Below, one piece after another: positions 45,865 to 53,409 of a stretch of DNA of 64,000 nucleotides. Position 1 is the first letter of the stretch. Each line of letters opens with the position of its first letter. The stretch lies in the NCBI GenBank assembly GCA_021296315.1, contig JAGWAO010000007.1, positions 13,737-77,736 on the forward strand, read 5' to 3'. This DNA is from Acidimicrobiia bacterium. Its GTDB lineage: Bacteria > Actinomycetota > Acidimicrobiia > Acidimicrobiales > Aldehydirespiratoraceae. The notes beneath the pieces are model-generated. The model was not told the DNA's origin. It did not search any database and saw only the letters and a list, made by a program, of their open reading frames with translations. The position numbers and the translations under genes were made by a program.

Positions 45865-46407
45865 TCAGAATAGATAGCACCCAGGCGCTGCGGCTGCGCG
45901 CTCAAGCTCGTGGCCCCAAGAGACGCTGCAGCGGACCGTGCTGAGCGGGCCGGCGGCGCTGGTGAAGAGGGCTATCCAGATCGAGATTGTGGCCGCGGCG
46001 ATGGCGGAGACGATGACGTAGAGCTGCCTGGCTTGGACCTTGATGATCTCGGCCCGCTCCTTGGCGGCCTGGGCGAAGCCCTCGTGCATGGTGACCTGCA
46101 AGGCGGCATGGCTCTCAACGAACTCGGCGTTCGTTTCGGCGAACCTGGCGTTGATCTCAGCAAGCGCCACTGCGAGGCTCGCTTGGAGGCGCTGCTCGAC
46201 CCCGGCAAGGTCATCCTTGGTGGCCATCTGATCCCACCCGCTGGGCGGGAGCTGGTCCATGAGGGTGTCTGCGGCTTCTTCGCCCATCGAGTCCACCAGG
46301 CTTACGTACAGCGCGGCGCGCTGCGACTGGGTTGCGGCCATCACGCGACCTCCGTCCGTTCGAGGGTGATCGGCTGGGGGCACCCGCGAGGGCTGCTCCG
46401 AGGCCAC
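45865..46407 (-). CDS. Hypothetical coiled-coil protein with C-terminal TM helix (DUF1640-like pattern)
   Basis: ATKDDLAGVEQRLQASLAVALAEINARF is followed by the hydrophobic LYVIVSAIAAATISIWIALF. GTG 46407 lies 3 nt after the upstream stop; the alternative start is ATG 46341. Confidence 0.5.
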   Translation of the reverse strand: MASEQPSRVPPADHPRTDGGRVMAATQSQRAALYVSLVDSMGEEAADTLMDQLPPSGWDQMATKDDLAGVEQRLQASLAVALAEINARFAETNAEFVESHAALQVTMHEGFAQAAKERAEIIKVQARQLYVIVSAIAAATISIWIALFTSAAGPLSTVRCSVSWGHELERAAAAPGCYLF

Positions 46408-46410
46408 CGG

Positions 46411-47352
46411 TCAGGCCTGACAGCCCAACACGGCAGCAACAACGCCACCGTATCGCATCGGAGTTATAGATTTCAACTCAATTCGGCATAGTCCAATTAA
46501 ATCTAATGTCACTAACGATGGACGCCACGTGCTGCTACTAGACGACGTCTTCAGGACGGCGCGAGATCGCAGTCGGCGCCGCGGGAGCTCTAACGGACAC
46601 CGGTGCTGGTGCCGGCCGTCTTTGTTGTCGTTCGGAGGATAAACCCCCAGTTGGCGACCAGAAGTCGAGAAGTGGTGGCCGTCCAGGTCGGGTATCTGGT
46701 TCCGCTGCTCCCACCAGTGTTGCGGGAAGTCGTCGCCGTGGCGCAGCGGCCTTCCGCACACGAGCTGCCAGTACCAGCGCTCCGCTCGATGCGCGCACAC
46801 TGTCGCCGGGGCTCGGTAGGGCGCACCGCCTGCCTCCAGCCATCCCGGCGTGCCGCTGGCAAGCCAGACTCCCCATTCGCCGGTGTCGCCGTCCCTGACG
46901 ACGCTATCCGCCCTCCGCTGGCCGTCGCGCCCCACGGGAAGCGTCGCATGGAACTCGGAGCTGTCGGGCTGGTCCGGATACTCGCTCACGCCCGCGATGG
47001 CCACGCCACCCGACCGGAGCAGCGGATCGTCGATGGCGGGTATGCCGTTGGCCAGTTCGAAACCCGACTGAGGATTGTCAGGCCCGTAGCGAAGACCCCG
47101 TCCGAGCGCGGCCTGCCAGTACCAACGCTTGGCTCGGTGGATGCTCGCCGCCAGCGGCGCGCTGTAGGGCTCGCCGCCCGCGTGCAGGAGATAGGCGCGG
47201 TCGTATCCCGCGAAGTACGGCGGCGTTCTCAGAGCGCAGTAGATGTGGACATTCCATCGCTCCTCGGATTGCGGCTCCTCTTGGATGACGCTCGCTCGCC
47301 AGAAGGCGCCGCTTGACCACACCCAGCCTGTGCTGATTCGGCAATGCCGCAT
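46411..47352 (-). CDS. Hypothetical protein with internal duplication (two RWYWQ modules)
   Basis: The ORF starts 3 nt after the protease stop. Residues 59-109 and 175-225 are clearly homologous. I do not recognise a family. Confidence 0.55.
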   Translation of the reverse strand: MRHCRISTGWVWSSGAFWRASVIQEEPQSEERWNVHIYCALRTPPYFAGYDRAYLLHAGGEPYSAPLAASIHRAKRWYWQAALGRGLRYGPDNPQSGFELANGIPAIDDPLLRSGGVAIAGVSEYPDQPDSSEFHATLPVGRDGQRRADSVVRDGDTGEWGVWLASGTPGWLEAGGAPYRAPATVCAHRAERWYWQLVCGRPLRHGDDFPQHWWEQRNQIPDLDGHHFSTSGRQLGVYPPNDNKDGRHQHRCPLELPRRRLRSRAVLKTSSSSSTWRPSLVTLDLIGLCRIELKSITPMRYGGVVAAVLGCQA

Positions 47353-47355
47353 CGG

Positions 47356-47739
47356 CTACTCCCTAACTCCTAGTGCAATGCCCTCACCAAGGGAGGGGCC
47401 GCGGGGGATCAGGTGTTGATCGACTGGGGCGACTGCCAAGGCGAGGCCCTCGAGGGTGTAGGCGCCAAGCAGGGAGGGAGCGTCATCCTCGCCGAAGGCC
47501 ACAAGGGTCGTCACGCTCTCGCCGTTGACGGTCACCCGCGCCTCGCCGAAATCGGCATCTACAATCCTGCCGTCGGCCAGTCGCATCCGGCGCCTGGCCG
47601 ACCGTTCGACGCCGATCTCGTGGAGCAGGAGCGCCGGGACCACGCTGTAGAAGGCGCCGGTGTCCACTGTGGCCTCGATCTCCACGGACCGCTCGCTGCT
47701 CGATCCGACAATCCGCAGAGGCCACTCGAGTGTTCCCAT
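47356..47739 (-). CDS. Retropepsin-like (clan AA) aspartic protease, small stand-alone type
   Basis: The translation shows ATVDTGA (D-T-G-A active-site motif), LADGRIVD and PSLLGAYTLEGLAL, a pattern seen in bacterial and archaeal clan AA mini-proteases. Confidence 0.65.
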   Translation of the reverse strand: MGTLEWPLRIVGSSSERSVEIEATVDTGAFYSVVPALLLHEIGVERSARRRMRLADGRIVDADFGEARVTVNGESVTTLVAFGEDDAPSLLGAYTLEGLALAVAPVDQHLIPRGPSLGEGIALGVRE

Positions 47740-47802
47740 GGCAGATGCCTCCCGCTCGGTCGGCCGGGCCCCGCGATTGACGTTGAGCCGAAGTCCACAG
47801 AT

Positions 47803-48181
47803 GTGAATATAGCTCAGTATAAGCTGATCTCAAGTGTTTTCCCCGTCCAATCGCACCTGCTCAAACAGATCGCACTCGACTTCGAGTACTACAGAAAGAA
47901 ACACGGCCACAATGACCTCTACAAGCTGGCCGCTCGACTCAAGGTGAGCCGCAACACGCTTGCTTAGTCTCAGCGAAGGCGAGCATTGGCCCGCCGCCAT
48001 TGCCATCATGCGACTCGAGATCTGCTACGGGCGCAGGTTCTGGGGCAAAGGACACCGAGTCGCGTCAAAGGTGCAAAGGCGTCTGCCAAGAAGGCGTAGC
48101 CGGTCCCGGCCCAGCGCTCTGCTCGTCATCGCAGGCGCCGACCCCAGGTTCCAGGTACCGGTGCGGCGCTCGTTGCACTGA
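47803..48181 (+). pseudogene. Possible frameshifted XRE-type HTH gene remnant
   Basis: Frame 1 reads ..NDLYKLAARLKVSRNTLA* and stops at 47967. Skipping one nucleotide (47962) continues as LLSLSEGEHWPAAIAIMRLEICYG, which completes a typical XRE helix-turn-helix. Confidence 0.3.
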
Positions 48182-48266
48182 AGCGGCTCCCAGGCAAGCG
48201 GTGCTCTAGGGCACCCGGGATGCTGGCGGGGGTGTTGATGACACCTCGGGCGGGCATTATGGCTTC

Positions 48267-51200
48267 GTGCTCGATTCCGGCTGGCCTGAAGACGGCTGGC
48301 GTGCGCTCGGGAGACCGGATCGCGGTGGGGAACCTTGGTGGACGCCCGAACAAGCCCGGCTCATTGGTTGGCTCAACAGATACGCGCCTTCGGTCGAGCC
48401 CTTCTATAGAGGGGCTCTAGTGCTGGCAGCGTTCGACAGCTTGCCTGGTCGGGTGCACTTCATCGCTCACGCGATCCGCGAGATCGGGAACCGTCTTCCG
48501 GTTGCGCTCGGTAACAAAGTCAAGAAGAAGACGGCCGGTTACGAGGACCACGCCAAGGCGATCCGCGATAGGTGGCTCGACGAGGGCCTCCCGCCGGATG
48601 GAAGGCTGCGGTTTCTGCAGGAATCCGCGCCTTCTGCGTCGGGTCCCCTACGCCAAGAGGTGTCCGTTGGATTATTGGCGTCGGTGGGGAAGCTGATAGC
48701 GGAGCACCGCAAGGCCGAGGCGAACAGAGAGGCCCGCGAGCGAGCCAAGTTTGGTGCCTTGAGCGACTTGGGCTCCAACCCGTCATACGTCATCAAGAAC
48801 TGGGGCAGGTGGGCTCGCGAGGCGGTCGAGTTCGTGCACGCGAGGGACAAACTGCTGCCAGCGGAGAAAGACGCCGAGTGGGTGGCGAAGTTCCTTGCGT
48901 TCGAGCAAGAGCTGATGGCCATCGCGAGACCCTCCTACGAGAATCTGGATGCACTCGACGGACTGCTAGCTGAGGCGAACAGGGCGATGAACGACTGGAC
49001 TGCACCTTCTGGCTCTGAGCTCGCACGTGTTGTAGCGCTGGCGACTCGCTTTGAGAACCGGACGTACTTCTTTGACCGCCTCGAGAACCCCGAATGGGTT
49101 TCTGCGCTGGCGGACGAGGGCGTGTTCGATGATCCCCCCGATCGGGAGCAGGCTGACGAGGCCGGGTATTGGCGGTTCCCGCCGTGGCCCGAGGGCCGCT
49201 ACCTCGCCCGTATGGCACCTGCGGCCCCGGACGCGGTCGCAGCGGTCCTGGAGAAGTCGCGACCGTCGGCCAACCCGAGGGTGACGGCCATCCTGCTTGA
49301 GTGCCTGCAAGCCCTTCCCCCCGAACAGTTCCGGAGACTCGCGCCAAAGACCCTCGAATGGATCACCGACCGTGCAGCCGCAGAGTTCATGGACCACTTC
49401 GACGATCAAGCGGCGTCGGCCGTTGCTCGCCTCGTGCGCGACGGCAAGATCGAACAGGGACTGATCGCCGCGAAGGCACTCCTGAAGCTCGAGCGCCGCT
49501 CTACGGCATCCGACAGCTCCCAGGCCCACGAGATTCCCGCGCTGCCCGAGCCCGTTGGGCGTCTCAGGGATTGGGAGTACGACCGGACGATTGCGACGAT
49601 CTTGCCGGATCTGGTCGACTCGGCAGGCCTAGATGGCCTGAGGCTGTTCTCGTCGCTGCTCTCAGTCGCCATCGAGTACTCCAGAAGCGAGGGCGAGCTG
49701 CCCGACTCCGATGGCCACTCCTGCGCCTGGAGACCGGCTATAGAAGACCACCCTCAGAATATGGATCGCGATGTCCGCTGTGTGCTCGTGACAGCAGTGC
49801 GCGACGCTGCCGTTCGCCTCGCCGTAGTCTCCGATGAGAACCTCCAGAATGTCGTGCAGATGCTCGAATCGGCAACCGCTCTGCATCGCCGTATTGCGCT
49901 GCACGTCCTCGCCGTTGTCCCGGGCGGCGCGGAACTCGCGGCCGAGCGGATCACCAACAGGACCATCCTCAACGATCACCGCCTCAAGCACGAGTACGCC
50001 GAGTTGCTTCGATCGCGATGGGTCGAAGCACCCCCCGAAGTGCAGAGGACATTCCTGGACTCGGTACTCGCCGGCCCCGACCTCGACGACTACCAGCCTG
50101 AGGACGAGACCGCCGCCGCCGAGTGCTGGATGCGCGACTGGCTGAGCATTGTCGCCGACCATCTCTCAGGCGACGACGCGGACAGGTACCGCGAACTCGT
50201 ATCGAAACACGGCGAGGCCGACCACCCGGACTTCGTGTCATGGACCGAGACTTGGAGCGGACCCACGACTCCCCGCACTACCGAACAACTGAAAGAACTC
50301 TCACCAGGCGAGGTCATCGAATATCTGGATGACTGGCGTCCCGACGCTGGAGCCGGACGGGGCTTCAGCCCCTCCATGGAAGGACTCGGTCTTACCTTCA
50401 GCAAAGCTGTATCTGAACGCGCCGCTGACTTCGCCGCTGCGGCGAACCGGATCGAGACCCTGGACCCGACCTATGTCCGCCACTTCTTGAGCGGACTCGA
50501 AGCAGCCGTCAAGGCGGGCACCGCGATCCCATGGGACCAACCGATGCACCTGATGGCATCGGTGCTGGAGCACCCCTTCGACCACCCCGAAGAATCGCCG
50601 GTCTTTGACCGTGACTCAGGGTGGCGCTGGACCCGCGGCCGGGTCGCGTCGTTGATCGAACAGGGAGTCGCCGACCGCGACAACGGGATCCCGTTCGAAC
50701 TGCGCCAAGCGGTCTGGGATGTCCTGGAGCCCCTGACGCGCGATCCGCATCCATCGCCAGGCGACGAGGCCAGCGACAGCATGGATCCGTTGACGCGGTC
50801 GATCAACACGAACCGCGGCAAGGCGATGCACGCCGTCATGGCATATGCCCTGTGGTGCGCACGCGAACTCGACGCGCAAGGCGAGGACATGTCCGCGGGG
50901 TTCGACTTGATGCCTGAGGTGCGAGCCGTGCTCGAGGAACGTCTGGACCCCGATACTGATCCGTCCCTTGCGGTGCGGGCCGTCTACGGCAAGTGGCTTC
51001 CCTGGCAAATCCTGATCGACGCGCGATGGGTATCTGCCAACATCTCGCGGATACTCCCGCCCACCCCGAACCAAGAGAGCCTCCGTGATGCCGCCTGGGG
51101 CACCTACATCTGCTGGTGCCCACCCTTCGACACGGTCTATGACGTACTGGGTGACGAGTACGAGGCTGCGGTGGAACGAATCCCCACCGGCGCCACCGTC

Positions 51201-51827
51201 GGATTCGCCAACGACGAACGAGTCGACGCCAAGCTGGGCGAGCACCTCGTCACGTTCTATTGGCGCGGCGTCCTACAACGCTCCCTGCTCGAACGCTGGT
51301 TCGAGCTCGCCGACGACGAAATCGCCGGAGACGTCATGGAGTTCTTGGGACAGGCACTCCGCGACACGCCAGAAGACATCGAGCCCCCAGTAGGGGAACG
51401 AATTCAAGGCCTCTGGGACTACCGGATCAACGTCATAACCAGCGAGCCCGAATCTCACGACAACGAAGCCAAAGCGTTCGCACTCACCTTCACCTCCGCC
51501 AAGTTCGACGACGAATGGTCTCTCGCAGGCCTCAACGCCACGTTGCGACCCGGTGACCGTAGATGGTTCGGCCGCGACGTCATAGGGCGCCTCGCCGAAA
51601 TGGCAACCACCAACCCCGTAGAGGCCACCCGACTGACTCTCAAGATGCTGGAGGATGCTGCCAACGACTGGGACCACCACAGCTGGCGTGACCCGGTTCG
51701 GGACGTCCTAACCGCGACCAGCGATGCCGCAGACGAAGAAACCCGCAACCACCGCGCCTCCATCATCGACCACTACATCAAACACGGAGACCTCGACTTC
51801 CGGGCGCTTACCCCTACGCAGCCGTAG
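48267..51827 (+). CDS. Large orphan protein (1186 aa), predicted all-alpha/HEAT-like repeat body with a distinct ~230-aa N-terminal module
   Basis: This long uninterrupted ORF lies in the A/T-richer island and has a GTG start. I see no recognisable catalytic or NTPase motif. The sequence is helix-rich with recurring W/F-x-x-L-type repeats. Confidence 0.7.
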   Translation: MLDSGWPEDGWRALGRPDRGGEPWWTPEQARLIGWLNRYAPSVEPFYRGALVLAAFDSLPGRVHFIAHAIREIGNRLPVALGNKVKKKTAGYEDHAKAIRDRWLDEGLPPDGRLRFLQESAPSASGPLRQEVSVGLLASVGKLIAEHRKAEANREARERAKFGALSDLGSNPSYVIKNWGRWAREAVEFVHARDKLLPAEKDAEWVAKFLAFEQELMAIARPSYENLDALDGLLAEANRAMNDWTAPSGSELARVVALATRFENRTYFFDRLENPEWVSALADEGVFDDPPDREQADEAGYWRFPPWPEGRYLARMAPAAPDAVAAVLEKSRPSANPRVTAILLECLQALPPEQFRRLAPKTLEWITDRAAAEFMDHFDDQAASAVARLVRDGKIEQGLIAAKALLKLERRSTASDSSQAHEIPALPEPVGRLRDWEYDRTIATILPDLVDSAGLDGLRLFSSLLSVAIEYSRSEGELPDSDGHSCAWRPAIEDHPQNMDRDVRCVLVTAVRDAAVRLAVVSDENLQNVVQMLESATALHRRIALHVLAVVPGGAELAAERITNRTILNDHRLKHEYAELLRSRWVEAPPEVQRTFLDSVLAGPDLDDYQPEDETAAAECWMRDWLSIVADHLSGDDADRYRELVSKHGEADHPDFVSWTETWSGPTTPRTTEQLKELSPGEVIEYLDDWRPDAGAGRGFSPSMEGLGLTFSKAVSERAADFAAAANRIETLDPTYVRHFLSGLEAAVKAGTAIPWDQPMHLMASVLEHPFDHPEESPVFDRDSGWRWTRGRVASLIEQGVADRDNGIPFELRQAVWDVLEPLTRDPHPSPGDEASDSMDPLTRSINTNRGKAMHAVMAYALWCARELDAQGEDMSAGFDLMPEVRAVLEERLDPDTDPSLAVRAVYGKWLPWQILIDARWVSANISRILPPTPNQESLRDAAWGTYICWCPPFDTVYDVLGDEYEAAVERIPTGATVGFANDERVDAKLGEHLVTFYWRGVLQRSLLERWFELADDEIAGDVMEFLGQALRDTPEDIEPPVGERIQGLWDYRINVITSEPESHDNEAKAFALTFTSAKFDDEWSLAGLNATLRPGDRRWFGRDVIGRLAEMATTNPVEATRLTLKMLEDAANDWDHHSWRDPVRDVLTATSDAADEETRNHRASIIDHYIKHGDLDFRALTPTQP

Positions 51828-52136
51828 GCAACTGCGCGTTGCGTCTGCGCTGTCCGTAGTTTGGGCACCATGCGCAAACTCGATGTCCGCATTCGTTGAG
51901 GTCAGAGGAATGGGCTAGGTCAATTGAAAGTGACCGAGTATTGCTTGCGGTCGTCCTCCCAGCCGCGGTCGATCGTTGTCCAGCGCAGCGTCAGCCGCGT
52001 CCTCGATCTTGGTGAGACTCGCTTCCACGCTGTCCCGAAGTTGCACAAACTGGGAATCGGCTTAACAGTAAACTTATCGACAATCAACCCGCGCCCGGTG
52101 CGCTGGACCGAGACAACCGGGTAACGCTGCGCCATC

Positions 52137-53261
52137 ATGGGGGCATGGAGATCCATGGAACCTGCAAGCCCGGCTTCGAGGCAGTGCGCGACGCGTTCGA
52201 GGGAGATCGGGGCGGCCGCGGCCATAACCGTGGACGGCGAGTTCGTGGTCGACATCTGGGGCGGCGACGCCGACAGCGAAGGCACGCCCTGGCAGCGCGA
52301 CACAATCGTCAACGTCTACTCCACCACCAAGACCATGGCCGCTGCCTGCATGCTGGTGCTGGCCGACCGGGGCGAGCTCGACTTCGACGCCCCCGTCGCG
52401 CGGTACTGGCCCGAGTTCGCCCAGAACGGCAAAGACGGCGTGCTGGTGCGCCACGTGATGGCCCACACTGCCGGACTACCGGGCTTCGACCCGCCCATCA
52501 CCACCGATCAGCTCTACGACCTCGACTTCGTCGCGGCCAACCTCGCGGCCCAGGCGCCGTGGTGGGAGCCGGGCACCGCCCCGGGCTACCACGCCATCAG
52601 CCAGGGCAACCTCCAGGGCGAGATCCTCTACCGCATCACCGGACAGCGCATGGCCGACTGGTTCCGCACCGAGGTGGCCGAACCCCTCGGAGCCGACTTC
52701 TGGATCAGCCTGCCCGCCTCCGAGGACCACCGGGTCGCCGAGCTCGTGCCCCCGGTGTTCAGCCGCGAGGAACTCACGATCAACGGCGTGGAGGTGTCCG
52801 CCGACTCCATCGCGGTCAAGGCCATACTCAGCGTCCCGATGACCGCCACCGAGCCGGCCACCCGGGAGTGGCGGGCCGCCGAGATCCCCGCCGCGGGCGG
52901 CTTCGGCAACGCCCGCTCGATCGCCCGCATCCACGCTGCGCTGGCCTGCGGAGGCACGGTGGACGGGGTCCGGCTGCTGTCGGAAGCCGGGGCCCGCCGG
53001 GCCCTGGAGGAGCAGACCGACGGCATCGACCAGGTGCTGATGGTGCGCCTGCGCCACGGGCTCGGCTTCGGGCTGCAGCTGGGCGACGAGTTCACGACCG
53101 AGCCGGGCCAGATGTTCTGGGGAGGCTGGGGAGGCTCGCTGGCCGCGGTCGACCTCGACGCCCGTATGAGCGTCGCCTACGTGATGAACCGCATGGACGC
53201 CGAGCTCATGGGCGACATCCGCGGCCGCCGGATCGTTGACGCCGTCCGGACCTGCCTGTAG
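52137..53261 (+). CDS. Serine hydrolase, beta-lactamase/esterase (class C-like) family; N-terminus probably frameshifted
   Basis: The translation shows VYSTTKT (SxxK) and ITVDGEFVVDIWGG. The family-typical N-terminus MEIHGTCKPGFEAVRDAFE is encoded in a different frame starting at 52145. Confidence 0.75.
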   Translation: MGAWRSMEPASPASRQCATRSREIGAAAAITVDGEFVVDIWGGDADSEGTPWQRDTIVNVYSTTKTMAAACMLVLADRGELDFDAPVARYWPEFAQNGKDGVLVRHVMAHTAGLPGFDPPITTDQLYDLDFVAANLAAQAPWWEPGTAPGYHAISQGNLQGEILYRITGQRMADWFRTEVAEPLGADFWISLPASEDHRVAELVPPVFSREELTINGVEVSADSIAVKAILSVPMTATEPATREWRAAEIPAAGGFGNARSIARIHAALACGGTVDGVRLLSEAGARRALEEQTDGIDQVLMVRLRHGLGFGLQLGDEFTTEPGQMFWGGWGGSLAAVDLDARMSVAYVMNRMDAELMGDIRGRRIVDAVRTCL

Positions 53262-53405
53262 GCCCGCTCTCCGCCAAATTGATGTCGTTGTGGACCCTAT
53301 AGGGGCACTATCAGCATCAATTTCGCAGACAGGCCCACCGCTCCGGCAAATTGATGCAGATTCGGACCTTCCCGGGGCACTATCGGCATCAATTTCGCAG
53401 AAGAC
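53262..53405. repeat. Two tandem ~72-bp units, each an imperfect long hairpin with A/T-rich arms AAATTGATG / CATCAATTT
   Basis: The arms lie at 53276-53284/53315-53323 and at 53348-53357/53386-95. The array fills the whole convergent intergenic space. Confidence 0.85.
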
Positions 53406-53409
53406 GGGC

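Noticed and set aside
48450-48470. The Rx5H pattern (RVHFIAH) in the giant orphan's N-terminal module, considered as evidence for a HEPN RNase domain.
   Set aside because: The motif is short and degenerate and is expected by chance in a 1186-aa protein. I keep it only as a testable hint in the finding, not as an annotation.
51828-51890. Short hairpins after the giant orphan (GCAAC-tgcgc-GTTGC; GTTTG-N11-CAAAC), considered as terminators.
   Set aside because: The stems are only 5 bp and there is no T-tract, so this is not convincing enough to annotate.
51920-52312. The 130-aa minus-strand ORF, and a 43-codon GTG frame (VQLRDSVEASLTKIEDAADAALDNDRPRLGGRPQAILGHFQLT*) in the A/T-richer gap between the giant orphan and the serine hydrolase.
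   Set aside because: The 130-aa ORF overlaps the hydrolase 5' end and has a Ser/Thr/Pro-rich translation. The 43-codon frame looks protein-like but is short, has no clear RBS and matches no family I know.
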